64,000 nt of DNA from a virus: IMG/VR virus record IMGVR_UViG_3300029913_000003, positions 64,001-128,000 of that record, one strand, 5' to 3'. Positions within the stretch are counted from its first letter, which is position 1. Every line of letters starts with the position of its first letter. Of this stretch, positions 36,733 through 46,927 are shown piece after piece. The notes beneath the pieces are model-generated. The model saw nothing but the letters and a program-made list of their open reading frames with translations, was not told where the DNA came from and ran no database searches. Position numbers and translations under genes: made by a program.

Positions 36733-37141
36733 AAGTTAAATTTACTTGTCATTTTATATATTTCATATTTAGAGTCAAAATCATCATTTGTTATTTGTTC
36801 AATAATATCATTTATATTACCAATTATATCAAATTTTATTCTATTTGAATATTCAGAATAAATTTCTAATCCTTTTATAGTTTTAAAATATTCTAATATA
36901 TATTTATAAAATGATTCATTATTCTCTATTCTAATAGATAAATGTTTACCAAGAATATTATCTACTGATATATCAAATAATAATCTTCTATCTGAAATAA
37001 AATATTCTGTTTCATATGTTCTATTTTCAAAATAATTTGAATAATTAATTCCATAAAAACTAAAAAATTTATTTAAATGACTTAATATTTTTTTATATCA
37101 GTGACTTCATTAATGTCTTCATATATTTTTAAATGTTTCAT
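36733..37141 (-). pseudogene. Family A member disrupted by frameshift at an A7 tract
   Basis: Reads MKHLKIYEDINEVTDIKKY then a stop. The +1 frame continues ..KILSHLNKF...IYKMTSKFNL with the C-terminal tag intact. Paralog of 37482-37919. Confidence 0.5.
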
Positions 37142-37485
37142 ATATTAAATTTTTTTGCCGCTATTATTGCTTCTAACTCTTCTTTATTTTTAGAATTATA
37201 ATTTATTTCATTTCTAGACATTACTCTACAATATTTATCTATATCGCCTTCTTTCATAAAAAATTTATCTTTAAATTTTTGAGGTAAATCATCATAATAA
37301 ATAGCATATTTGAATTTTCCATTATCAGGAATATATTTTACATATTTACCTATATTATTTTTTTCAAATTCAATAATATCTTTATAATTTTCTTTATCAA
37401 ACATATCAGGAATTTCCTTGCATATAACATAGTCTCCTAAATTGAGTCTTTTATTACTAGTTTCAAATGTTTTTATATATTTCAT
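37138..37485 (-). CDS. Family A, GDYV core subfamily
   Basis: MKYIKTFE..LGDYVICKE..NNIGKYV..AKKFNI. Confidence 0.6.
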   Translation of the reverse strand: MKYIKTFETSNKRLNLGDYVICKEIPDMFDKENYKDIIEFEKNNIGKYVKYIPDNGKFKYAIYYDDLPQKFKDKFFMKEGDIDKYCRVMSRNEINYNSKNKEELEAIIAAKKFNI

Positions 37486-37919
37486 ATGTTAAATTTATTT
37501 GTAATTGCGAACAATTTTATTTTTTCATTATCTATTTGATTAATAATATCATTAACATTTCCTTCAATATAAAATTCATATTCATCACTTACTTTTTTAT
37601 TAAATCTTATTCCTTTTATTGTTTTCATATATTCAGGTATAGATGAAATAATAATATCGTTACTATTATTAAATGAATCTAAAACAAAGTATTCATCATT
37701 TCCCGTCATTATAGAAAATAACACTTTTTCAGTATTCTTTAAATAAAATGAGAATTGAATATCTTCGTCTTCACTAAAATTAACGCACTCATAACCAAAA
37801 TTCATGATAATTTTCCTAATATATTTTGCAAATTTAGGTAAATTATCTTTCATACGTTTAATATCATCGTCTGTATAATATTCTCCTTCAAATATGGTAT
37901 ATTCTTTAATATGTTTCAT
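37482..37919 (-). CDS. Family A protein
   Basis: MKHIKEYTIFE ... TNKFNI. Confidence 0.55.
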   Translation of the reverse strand: MKHIKEYTIFEGEYYTDDDIKRMKDNLPKFAKYIRKIIMNFGYECVNFSEDEDIQFSFYLKNTEKVLFSIMTGNDEYFVLDSFNNSNDIIISSIPEYMKTIKGIRFNKKVSDEYEFYIEGNVNDIINQIDNEKIKLFAITNKFNI

Positions 37920-38251
37920 ATGTTAAATTTATTTGATTGTAATATAAGTTTTAATTCTTTTTTATTTTTAGACCAATATTTTATATCTTCTTTATTTAAT
38001 GCTAATATATTATCTCCATATTCAGCAAATTTAAAAAAACTTAATTCATCTGGTATATGATAATATTCTATCAAATAAGAATCATCAATATCATCATATT
38101 TACTCTCTAATATTTCAATTAGTTTACCAATATTATTTTTAGTAAAATCGTTAACTTCAGTAAAAAATTCAAGATTACTATATCCTATTACATAATCACC
38201 AACTTCTGGTTCATTTACATTCAATTTTTCGTATTCTTTTATATATTTCAT
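37916..38251 (-). CDS. Family A, GDYV/NNIGK core subfamily
   Basis: MKYIKEYE..VGDYVIG..NNIGKLI..SNKFNI. Confidence 0.6.
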   Translation of the reverse strand: MKYIKEYEKLNVNEPEVGDYVIGYSNLEFFTEVNDFTKNNIGKLIEILESKYDDIDDSYLIEYYHIPDELSFFKFAEYGDNILALNKEDIKYWSKNKKELKLILQSNKFNI

Positions 38252-38580
38252 ATGTTAAATTTATTTGTTTGTAATATCATTTCTAAATATTCTTTATTTT
38301 TTGAATATTTTATTAAATCTTCTTTTTTAAATCTAAACGAAGTATCATTATTCATAGATTTATATATATCTATTTCTTTTGGTATATTATTATATTTTAC
38401 TAAATATGTAACAATATTATACATATCTTTTTCTATTTTAATTAATTGCCCTATATTATTTGTTACAAAAATATTCGCAGGATGATCATCATCAGCGTTT
38501 TTCCATTTTGCTAATATATAATCACCAACTTCTGGCTCATTTGAATCTTCATACTCCTCATATAATTTCAAATGCTTCAT
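38248..38580 (-). CDS. Family A, GDYV/NNIGK core subfamily
   Basis: MKHLKLYEEY..VGDYILA..NNIGQLI..TNKFNI. Confidence 0.6.
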   Translation of the reverse strand: MKHLKLYEEYEDSNEPEVGDYILAKWKNADDDHPANIFVTNNIGQLIKIEKDMYNIVTYLVKYNNIPKEIDIYKSMNNDTSFRFKKEDLIKYSKNKEYLEMILQTNKFNI

Positions 38581-39161
38581 TATGATTCAATTCTTTTTAG
38601 TAATTTTGTTATTAAACATTTAGTAATTAAGTCATTATTTACTATTTGATTAACATCAGCAATAGAAACTCGTATACATTTAGATAATTTTTCATTTTTT
38701 GATCCATCAGTAGGTGGTTTCATTTGACGATAAGTATTTACTGGTAGCTCTAAAAAACAAAGATATACTTGATTAGTACTATATTTATCTGTAAAAAAAG
38801 GTCCTTCAATATCAAATGGATATAAATTATTTAAAACTATACCACCTTCTTCATATAATTCTCTTCTTATTGTTTGTTCTGGAGTTTCATTTTTTTCTAT
38901 ACTTCCTGTAATTACGGTTAAATAATTAGTTACATTTCTAAGATTTGGTATTTCTCTATTTTTATGTTGATATGCTGTAAGATATTCTAATCTCATAAGA
39001 AATGTTGCCTCATCTCTGAAATATGGTAATATAGCAACACAATCATGACCTTTTAGTATTTCATTTTCTTTATATTGAATCATATCTAAATATTTACCAT
39101 TAAATAATACTTCTTCATCTGGTATAACTGGTATGTCTTTTATTTGTGTAAATTTTTCCAT
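38580..39161 (-). CDS. NUDIX hydrolase
   Basis: Exact Nudix box Gx5Ex7REUxEExGU: GSIEKNETPEQTIRRELYEEGGI. Confidence 0.8.
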   Translation of the reverse strand: MEKFTQIKDIPVIPDEEVLFNGKYLDMIQYKENEILKGHDCVAILPYFRDEATFLMRLEYLTAYQHKNREIPNLRNVTNYLTVITGSIEKNETPEQTIRRELYEEGGIVLNNLYPFDIEGPFFTDKYSTNQVYLCFLELPVNTYRQMKPPTDGSKNEKLSKCIRVSIADVNQIVNNDLITKCLITKLLKRIES

Positions 39162-39238
39162 TAATATTCTTTTTTCTTTATATATTAAAAAACTAAAAGC
39201 TTTTTTTTATCTATAAAAATAAAAAATAATTTATAAAA

Positions 39239-39502
39239 ATGAAAGATAATAATGTAGTTCAAAAATTAGAAAAATATGCTGAATATTTTAGTGATGCAAT
39301 AGAATCTAAATTTATAAATTTTTCAGAATCTAAATATAATGAAGCATTAAAATATATTAATAATATAATTTCTAATAAAAATAATTATGATTCTACAGTA
39401 TTTTTATATGCCGAATATTTATTATCTATATTAACACATAATAAAATATTTAGAAAATATAAATTAAAAATATTAAACCAATACTATGAATCCAATAATT
39501 AA
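39239..39502 (+). CDS. Hypothetical protein (RKYKLKIL tail)
   Basis: 87-aa ORF with a Family B-like tail. Confidence 0.35.
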   Translation: MKDNNVVQKLEKYAEYFSDAIESKFINFSESKYNEALKYINNIISNKNNYDSTVFLYAEYLLSILTHNKIFRKYKLKILNQYYESNN

Positions 39503-40340
39503 TATATCAGAACTAGATAATGATTTATTCTCTATATCTCCTGTAAATAATTTAAAATGCGAGATTAATTATATAGATATGCAAAATTATGTAAATCCTA
39601 TGACTACTCCAGCTAGTTTAACTAGGATGTCATATCCAAATCTAAGTGTAAATCTTTGTAGTAAAACTATAAATCTTATAAAATTAACATTTGATATAAA
39701 TAAAAAATATAATGAAGAACAAATAACTAAATATTTAAAATCTGGTATAATTAATGAACTAAAAAATAAATTTATACCTATAATTTTAGAATTAGGTAAT
39801 AAAAATAGAGAAAATTTAAAATTAGATTCAAAAAATGATGATTACTTTGATATTATTATAGATAAAATAGAAAAAAAATATAATCAAGAATTACCTAATG
39901 ATAAACAAAAAAAAATAAAAAATAATATTTGTTCTAGAATTATAAGTGCTAGTAATTATATAACAACAAAAGGTAGATATGGTCATCCTAATTTTTATAT
40001 TTCAAATTATAAAACTCATAATTGTATAAACAAATATATTTATGATATAAATAATATTAAATATGAAATAGTTAATTCAATTAAAGAAAATTATATTATT
40101 CTAGGTAGAAAAAATTCAATAGATAATAATGGAGTTCATTGCTTTATATATTCAGATAATAATAAAAATATAATATTTAACAAAATTGAAACTCCATATA
40201 ATATAACATATGAAATGTATTATTCAATTGAAACTATTGGTGGTTCTGCAGAAAATCAATTTTTAGTAATAGATACAAAAGACATATCATATTATCGACG
40301 TGAAAAAATTAAAAAAATAAATGATAGCATAAATGATTAA
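39486..40340 (+). CDS. Hypothetical protein
   Basis: 284-aa ORF. Confidence 0.4.
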   Translation: MNPIINISELDNDLFSISPVNNLKCEINYIDMQNYVNPMTTPASLTRMSYPNLSVNLCSKTINLIKLTFDINKKYNEEQITKYLKSGIINELKNKFIPIILELGNKNRENLKLDSKNDDYFDIIIDKIEKKYNQELPNDKQKKIKNNICSRIISASNYITTKGRYGHPNFYISNYKTHNCINKYIYDINNIKYEIVNSIKENYIILGRKNSIDNNGVHCFIYSDNNKNIIFNKIETPYNITYEMYYSIETIGGSAENQFLVIDTKDISYYRREKIKKINDSIND

Positions 40341-40797
40341 AGATTTTAAACTTGAAATTGTAGAAAATAAATATTCAATCAAAATAGAAAATATAGAATA
40401 TTTTATTTATGAATCTTATATTAAAAATGGTACTGGCTATACCTTTAGAATATATACAAATTCTAAATGTAGAACTAAACGTGAAAATTATTTTATTACA
40501 GAAAATTATGATAATATTGTTGTGGTTGGTAAAAAATATAATTATTTATTAATTAAGAAAAAAGATAGTTTTGAATATGATATCACATTATATAATAAGG
40601 ATATATTAAAACTCGAACTTGATTATACTCACGTTAATGCACTATTTATGTATATTTATATCAATGATAAAAATATTGCTTCATACTATGGAGATATAAA
40701 TAATCCAGATAAAATATTTTTGAATGAAATTGAATTATGTAAAAAAATTATCAGAAAGAAAAAAATAATTAAATTAAATGACAATATGGTTTTATAA
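40333..40797 (+). CDS. Hypothetical protein (KKKIIKLN tail)
   Basis: 154-aa ORF with a Family B-like tail. Confidence 0.35.
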   Translation: MIKDFKLEIVENKYSIKIENIEYFIYESYIKNGTGYTFRIYTNSKCRTKRENYFITENYDNIVVVGKKYNYLLIKKKDSFEYDITLYNKDILKLELDYTHVNALFMYIYINDKNIASYYGDINNPDKIFLNEIELCKKIIRKKKIIKLNDNMVL

Positions 40798-41065
40798 AAA
40801 AATAGGAAGTAAAAAAATATATTGTAGTAAATCTATAACTATAAATTTTCATATAAAATATTTTTTCAAATTCAAATGTTATACAAATGGTGCTAAAAAA
40901 GGAAATATAAAAGATATATGTTTTGATTTAAATATTCATTTATTTGGAATATTATTATCGTATACTAATTGGGATTATAATTCTGAATATAAAATTGATA
41001 ATATTAAAACTATACGCTTGAAAAAATTAAAAAAATTAAAAAAGATAAATGATAGAAATAAATAA
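40778..41065 (+). CDS. Hypothetical protein with IRLKKLKKLKK tail, upstream of methyltransferase
   Basis: Overlaps the methyltransferase start. Confidence 0.35.
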   Translation: MTIWFYKKIGSKKIYCSKSITINFHIKYFFKFKCYTNGAKKGNIKDICFDLNIHLFGILLSYTNWDYNSEYKIDNIKTIRLKKLKKLKKINDRNK

Positions 41066-41816
41066 AATATATAATGAGGATAATTTGATCACTATGAACA
41101 GAATGTCTAATCAATTTTTAAATGGAATTATATGCAGTCCGCCTTATAATTTAGGCAAAAATCCTAATCATAGACGAAAAGATCAAGATGATTTCAATTT
41201 ATATGAAAATAATATTGATAATCTTACTATTAAAGAATATTTAAAAATAAGATTAAATGAATTTAAAGAATTTGATAGAATACTTAAATATGATGGAGTA
41301 ATTTGTTATAATATGTCATATTCAGGAGATAACCCTATTTTACCAACTCTTCTTTTAAATAAGATTAATGAAGAAACTAATCTAACACTTACAGATATTG
41401 TAATATGGAAAAAGAACTCAGCCAGTCCATTTCAAACAAGTCCAAACAAAGTAACAAGACTATGTGAATTGGTTTATATAATTGTACATAAAGATTATTT
41501 AAATACATTTAAAGCTAATAAAGAAGTAAGTTCGATAAATGAAAGAACTGGCCAGAAATTTTATAAAAATTATACTAATCTTATTGAAGCAAAAAATAAT
41601 GACGGATTTAAATCTGAACTTAAAGCATCATACTCAAGTGAATTTGTAGAAAAATTAATAAATATATATTTTCCTGAAAATTCTTTAATTTATGATCCTT
41701 TTATGGGCATCGGAACAACAGCAAAAGGATGTATTAATAAAAAATGTGATTTTATTGGTAGTGAAAGAGTTGAAAAATTTTATAATGATTCTAAAATAAA
41801 TGTAAAATATGATTAA
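41049..41816 (+). CDS. DNA N6-adenine/N4-cytosine methyltransferase (DNA methylase N-4/N-6 domain, beta class)
   Basis: Motif IV ICSPPYNL. The C-terminal region DPFMGIGTT is an FxGxG-type AdoMet motif, giving the beta-class order. Confidence 0.7.
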   Translation: MIEINKIYNEDNLITMNRMSNQFLNGIICSPPYNLGKNPNHRRKDQDDFNLYENNIDNLTIKEYLKIRLNEFKEFDRILKYDGVICYNMSYSGDNPILPTLLLNKINEETNLTLTDIVIWKKNSASPFQTSPNKVTRLCELVYIIVHKDYLNTFKANKEVSSINERTGQKFYKNYTNLIEAKNNDGFKSELKASYSSEFVEKLINIYFPENSLIYDPFMGIGTTAKGCINKKCDFIGSERVEKFYNDSKINVKYD

Positions 41817-42177
41817 AGAACTAGCATTACAATATAATTATATTGCAATTATATGTAAAAAATATAATAATTTTTTAGATTTTATTGACATGGCAACAAA
41901 AGAAATAGATTTTTCTAAAACCTTATCTGAACATGATAGATTTTTTGAAAATAGAGAATATATTTTAAAAAATTTCCAAAAAGGATTAAATAAAAAAGAA
42001 ACAATTGCGTTAATTGATGTTGAAAGATATGATAATTATACTGAATTTAGATTTTATTGTAGAAATTATAGTGATTATAATGATTATCCTGATTGGAATA
42101 TGTATAAATTTATAGATTATAATATCTTAAAACGGAAAGAAAAATTGGAAAAATTAAAACAAATTTGTAATAATTGA
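41809..42177 (+). CDS. Hypothetical protein (RKEKLEKLKQ tail)
   Basis: 122-aa ORF overlapping the methyltransferase stop. Confidence 0.4.
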   Translation: MIKELALQYNYIAIICKKYNNFLDFIDMATKEIDFSKTLSEHDRFFENREYILKNFQKGLNKKETIALIDVERYDNYTEFRFYCRNYSDYNDYPDWNMYKFIDYNILKRKEKLEKLKQICNN

Positions 42178-42202
42178 ATATAAATAAAAAAGAAAATATA
42201 AA

Positions 42203-42526
42203 ATGAATTTTAGATTAAAATATAAAAAAATGACTATTGTAGATATTGAAGTATATAAAAATGATAACTATATTGAAATAGATTCTGTAGTTTGTATTGA
42301 ACCGTATTCTAATTTGCTAATTGAAGTATATTTAGATGATTCAAATAGGGTTACAGAATTTATTGAAACTTTTGATAATTTACAAGAATTAAGAGGCTGG
42401 TTATGGGAAGTATATTTTATGGATAATAAAAATACGATTGATAAATATGATGATGTAGTTGATGATATTAATAAAAGATTAACAGATATAGCAGGCGAAT
42501 ATAATTTATTTTTTATGAAAGATTAA
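42203..42526 (+). CDS. Hypothetical protein
   Basis: 107-aa ORF. Confidence 0.4.
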   Translation: MNFRLKYKKMTIVDIEVYKNDNYIEIDSVVCIEPYSNLLIEVYLDDSNRVTEFIETFDNLQELRGWLWEVYFMDNKNTIDKYDDVVDDINKRLTDIAGEYNLFFMKD

Positions 42527-42552
42527 TATATTCAAAAAAATAAAATTCAATA

Positions 42553-42753
42553 ATGTATAATTTTTTTACTTTACCTGGAATTATCATATATTGCGATTTA
42601 TATATGGAAGATAATAAAATAATGATTTCTAATGATTCTTCTTATATTATAGTCAATCCTAAAACAGCATTATCAATAAAAAATACATTTCTGAAAAAAG
42701 AAAGAAAAAATAAATTATTAAATATTAGAAGTTTAGATAATAATATATCATGA
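42553..42753 (+). CDS. Small hypothetical protein
   Basis: 66-aa ORF. Confidence 0.3.
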   Translation: MYNFFTLPGIIIYCDLYMEDNKIMISNDSSYIIVNPKTALSIKNTFLKKERKNKLLNIRSLDNNIS

Positions 42754-42760
42754 AAAACTA

Positions 42761-43024
42761 ATGACAGCACATCATGAAAAACTAATAACAGCACATCATA
42801 AAAAACTAATGAATATGCATAGAATGTTTGGAGAAATAAAAGAAAATAATGTCTATTATTGCAAAGAATGCAATAAAATTTATAATAGTTGTTATGAATT
42901 AGAAGGTGATTATATGTGCTCAAATTGCTGGTCTGAAGTTAAAGTTATTGAAGAAAAAAATATAACAGCTTTCATACGAAATAAAAGATTAAAAAGATTA
43001 AAAGAAATATCTAATAATGAGTAA
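42761..43024 (+). CDS. Zinc-ribbon protein with RNKRLKRLKEIS tail, upstream of Dam-like methyltransferase
   Basis: CKECNK...CSNC. The N-terminus has a 24-bp tandem repeat (TAHHEKLI x2). Overlaps the Dam start. Confidence 0.4.
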   Translation: MTAHHEKLITAHHKKLMNMHRMFGEIKENNVYYCKECNKIYNSCYELEGDYMCSNCWSEVKVIEEKNITAFIRNKRLKRLKEISNNE

Positions 43025-43838
43025 TTATATAAACACAGCACTAAATTTCACTGGATCTAAATATAAAATTTTAGATCCAATATTAATAGAGATGGATTAT
43101 GAAAAAGATTATTTTATAGATTTGTTTGCAGGTAGCGGAGTTGTAGGATTTAATGTTGTTGATAAATATAAAAAAGTATTACTTAATGACATTATAAAAG
43201 ATTTAATCGATATACATAAAGAAACAATTTATAATTCTGAAATGTTCATAAATAAAGTTAAAAATTTATGTGTAGAAAAAGATGATCAAGACGGATTTAA
43301 TAAATTAAGAAAAGAATACAATGAAAATAATACACCAGAAGGTTTATATGCTTTGATGTTATGCTCAACTAATAATATGATGAGATTTAATAAAAAATTT
43401 GAATATAATCAGACTTTTGGTCGTAGAAATTTTTCAAATAGTACACAAAAAAAATTAGATTTATTTATTGATTATATTCAACCATATAAAGATAAAATAT
43501 TATTTTCATCAAAACATTTTTCTGATGTTAAAATATTAAAACCTTGTATGGTATATTTAGATCCACCATATTTAGAAACTGAAGCTGGATATAATAATTA
43601 TTTTTCTAATAGTGATGGTAATAAATTATATGATTATTGTAAAGAGTTAGATAAAAAAGGATGTTCTTTTATGATGTCTGGAGTTGTAGGCGAGCATAAA
43701 AATGGCAAAAGATCTAAACTTATAGATGATCTAATATCTGATGGCTATAGATATAAAATTTTAGATTTCGACTATGAAAAAGTTGCTAGAAATAAAAATA
43801 CAAAAAATTCAAAAGAAATAATAATAATGAATTATTAA
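43017..43838 (+). CDS. DNA adenine methyltransferase (Dam-like, D12 class)
   Basis: N-terminal FTGSKYKIL (motif I-like). Motif IV YLDPPYLETEAGYNNYF. Confidence 0.75.
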   Translation: MSNYINTALNFTGSKYKILDPILIEMDYEKDYFIDLFAGSGVVGFNVVDKYKKVLLNDIIKDLIDIHKETIYNSEMFINKVKNLCVEKDDQDGFNKLRKEYNENNTPEGLYALMLCSTNNMMRFNKKFEYNQTFGRRNFSNSTQKKLDLFIDYIQPYKDKILFSSKHFSDVKILKPCMVYLDPPYLETEAGYNNYFSNSDGNKLYDYCKELDKKGCSFMMSGVVGEHKNGKRSKLIDDLISDGYRYKILDFDYEKVARNKNTKNSKEIIIMNY

Positions 43839-43844
43839 AAAACT

Positions 43845-43882
43845 CAGTAAAAATTAAATTTTACTGAGTTTTTTAAGTTTTT
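43845..43882. terminator. Bidirectional intrinsic terminator
   Basis: aaaaaCTCAGTAAAAttaaaTTTTACTGAGtttttt. Confidence 0.55.
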
Positions 43883-44053
43883 CTTCTCTTAACATTATAA
43901 TTGATTTATCATAATATTTTTGATATTTATCACGATGTTCAAAATTATTAGTTATCCAAATATAACTATTTATAAATTACCTACCAAATAAATATAGATA
44001 TTATTATTTGAAATTAATATTTTTTATATATAAGAAAAATAATATTTTATATC

Positions 44054-45358
44054 GTGCCAACAATAAAAATAGCAGCAAATAGAGTAACAATAAATACATC
44101 TGGAGTATCATCATCAAATGTATCATCATCATTGAATGGTAATATGAATTTAATAAAATCCCAAGTGACTCAAAAAACTAATGATTATATTAATGTTAAA
44201 AATGCTGTTAATATATTAGAAATTTATTCTAATTGGAATGGTTATATAAAACTTTATACCGAAGTTCAAAGTAATTTTATAGTTGGTGACACTGCATATA
44301 TTACTTATACTTCAACAAATACAGAGCCAAATATATTTAATCTTGAAAATCCTTCTATACCTGATGAGGGAAGTAATAGATTTTATTTAGGATATAAAAT
44401 ATTATACGTTAATCAATTTAAAAATGAAATAGTAATAAATAGACATTATAATGATATACCGATTGGTTATTCATTAGCAAATCAACAAATCAGTAAAATA
44501 TCATGTAGAGGTGGATATTTATATAACTCTGTATCTGATGGAGTTGTATTTTATAACTGTAGTATTCTTAATGCTGGATTTGCTACAATTAGTGGTATTA
44601 TTAGTATAGGAAATATACCGATATCAGGAGCATTAATTACAGTATCAGGAACAAAAATAATACATACAACAGATTCAAATGGATATTATATCATAAATGC
44701 GGCATCAGGAGATAATTTAATAAAATGTTATTCTCCTGGATTTATAATAAATACTATTAATGTGCATATCAATTTAGATGAGAAAGTAACTCAAAATATT
44801 TCAATGATTGAAGGTAATAATAGTATAACTATATCATCTATTAATATACAACCTAATTTTGGTACAAATATTATTTCTACATGTTCAACTAATATTATTA
44901 ACTTTACATCAACAAATTTAGGATATTCACAAAATATTAATTATAAATGGTTTATAACAAGAACTGGAATTAATATACCAGTTGGATCTAATAATAGTAA
45001 TTTTTCATATAATAATTTTAATAACAATGATATGATTTATTGTACAATTATAGATAATGATTTTATTGATGTTTTAACTGGATATACCAGTAATGTTATT
45101 TATATTAATATATTACAACCAATATTTGAAATTACCGCAGATAAATATACTATAAATAGTAGTGATAGTGTTACATTTTACGCAAATATTCAATGTTATT
45201 CAAATCCAACATTTCAATGGTATATACATAATACACCTGTCGGTACAAATAGTAATATATTTATTTCTGTTCCAGGTGAAATAGCTAATAATGATATAAT
45301 AAGTTGTTATATGGGATCTATTTCTAGTACTAATAATATAAGAATGATTGTTATATAA
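44054..45358 (+). CDS. Putative structural/adhesin protein with CarboxypepD_reg-like beta-sandwich and Ig-like repeats
   Basis: SGIISIGNIPISGALITVSGTKIIHTTDSNGYYII is a CarbopepD_reg-like motif. Repeated Ig-like segments with Y.W/Y.C motifs. Confidence 0.5.
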   Translation: MPTIKIAANRVTINTSGVSSSNVSSSLNGNMNLIKSQVTQKTNDYINVKNAVNILEIYSNWNGYIKLYTEVQSNFIVGDTAYITYTSTNTEPNIFNLENPSIPDEGSNRFYLGYKILYVNQFKNEIVINRHYNDIPIGYSLANQQISKISCRGGYLYNSVSDGVVFYNCSILNAGFATISGIISIGNIPISGALITVSGTKIIHTTDSNGYYIINAASGDNLIKCYSPGFIINTINVHINLDEKVTQNISMIEGNNSITISSINIQPNFGTNIISTCSTNIINFTSTNLGYSQNINYKWFITRTGINIPVGSNNSNFSYNNFNNNDMIYCTIIDNDFIDVLTGYTSNVIYINILQPIFEITADKYTINSSDSVTFYANIQCYSNPTFQWYIHNTPVGTNSNIFISVPGEIANNDIISCYMGSISSTNNIRMIVI

Positions 45359-45393
45359 TTCAAAAAAAATCTTTACAATTTGTAAAGATTTTT
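45357..45393. terminator. Bidirectional intrinsic terminator
   Basis: aaaaaaaATCTTTACAAtTTGTAAAGATtttttt. Confidence 0.5.
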
Positions 45394-45681
45394 TATATTT
45401 TCTAACTTATATTTTCTCATATATTTTAATCCTTCTGATTTATTTTTAACTAAATTATATAATTTAGTTGATGATAATGATTCAGGTATTTTAATTATTC
45501 TTTCATATTTCGCAATACCAACTTTATTTATAAATCCAACATGTTTCATTAGTAATATATAATTTTCTCCAGTAGTATAAAAACCATTTTTATATAAATC
45601 TTTTCTTGTGAATTTTTCATGTGAATTTACAAAATCTTTAATATCTCTCCATATAGTACTACACAAATCATTAGTTACCAT
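45373..45681 (-). CDS. Hypothetical protein
   Basis: 102-aa ORF. Confidence 0.4.
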   Translation of the reverse strand: MVTNDLCSTIWRDIKDFVNSHEKFTRKDLYKNGFYTTGENYILLMKHVGFINKVGIAKYERIIKIPESLSSTKLYNLVKNKSEGLKYMRKYKLENIKNLYKL

Positions 45682-46481
45682 TGAAATATACTATATTGTA
45701 TACCAAATCCTATACTCCATCCAAATTGTGGATTACCTAAATTAGGTAAAGTATTCAATCCAAATCCTACATAAGGACCAAATCCCCATTTTTTTGCTTT
45801 AATTGGAGCTTGAATTTGTTTATCAATAAAATATCCTCCAGTTAAATCAGTTATTTTAATATTTGGAGATTTAGATATTGCAAATACTTGATATTTATTT
45901 TTCAAATCTTTAAATCCATAAGTTACACTAATACTAGTTAAATTAGTATCAAGAACAGTAACATCAGGTTTTAATGTCCATTTCTTGGTATCTTCATTTG
46001 GAATAGCATAAAATTTGCTCATACCAACAATTTTTTGCTGAAATCCACTATCAACATAATTAGTTGAAAACTTCAATCCATAATGATTTGTTGTACTATC
46101 TAAAACAGCTAAATTGTTAGATCCTTGTATACCACCAAGATTACCTTCAACATTAGTTTGTATTGCAGATAAAACATCTCCTTTAACATTTTTTAATTCA
46201 TTTGATAATGATTTATTATATTGTTCTAAATCAGATAATTTATTTAAAACTAAATTATCTTTAGTAAATTCATAAGCATTTAATTTAGTATTAAATACTT
46301 TTGTAATACTATCAGTCATTGCTTTAACATTTTGAGTATATAATTTTTGTTGAAATTCTGCGTTTGCTTTTTCATTTTTAAGATTTGAGCAAGTCTTAAA
46401 AAGAAATATTGATAACAAAATGATAACAACAAAAAATAACAAAGGGTAATATTTTTTTATAAAAGTTAAAAAATTTTCCAT
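45675..46481 (-). CDS. Membrane-associated hypothetical protein (N-terminal TM helix, aromatic C-terminus)
   Basis: N-terminal YYPLLFFVVIILLSIFLF. Ends ..YSIFQW with alternating beta-strand-like segments, which suggests an OMP-like or virion membrane protein. Confidence 0.35.
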   Translation of the reverse strand: MENFLTFIKKYYPLLFFVVIILLSIFLFKTCSNLKNEKANAEFQQKLYTQNVKAMTDSITKVFNTKLNAYEFTKDNLVLNKLSDLEQYNKSLSNELKNVKGDVLSAIQTNVEGNLGGIQGSNNLAVLDSTTNHYGLKFSTNYVDSGFQQKIVGMSKFYAIPNEDTKKWTLKPDVTVLDTNLTSISVTYGFKDLKNKYQVFAISKSPNIKITDLTGGYFIDKQIQAPIKAKKWGFGPYVGFGLNTLPNLGNPQFGWSIGFGIQYSIFQW

Positions 46482-46526
46482 ATTTATTTTTTATTTTTTT
46501 ATTATTAAAAAACAGATAAGTTTAAT

Positions 46527-46889
46527 TTAAATGAGTTTTTCAATAAAAGTTTTTTTATTTATATTTATTTGATTGATATCATAGCCATTTAATGTACCAT
46601 AATTAAATGTTCCTCCTCCAAAAAATCCTTCAAATGTTCCACCATAAAAATTACCGCCAGTCCAAGATTCAGGATAATTAGATACATCTAATGATATTGA
46701 AAAATCTCCGATATCACTAAATATTACAGTACATCCACTATTAGTACTTATTAAAGTCGTTGTACTACCTGATACTAAATACCATTGATAAGTTGAATAT
46801 GCAGTATATCCACTAACTATAAAAAATGTTACTGGTTGACCAATATCAATATTACCTGATGGTAATCTATCTATTATTATTTCTGACAT
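46527..46889 (-). CDS. Ig-like domain protein
   Basis: GYTAYSTYQWYLVSGSTTTLISTNSGCTVIF resembles the Ig-like repeats in ORF 44054. Confidence 0.4.
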   Translation of the reverse strand: MSEIIIDRLPSGNIDIGQPVTFFIVSGYTAYSTYQWYLVSGSTTTLISTNSGCTVIFSDIGDFSISLDVSNYPESWTGGNFYGGTFEGFFGGGTFNYGTLNGYDINQININKKTFIEKLI

Positions 46890-46927
46890 TTATTTTTATT
46901 TTTATTTTTATTTTTATTATATCAACA

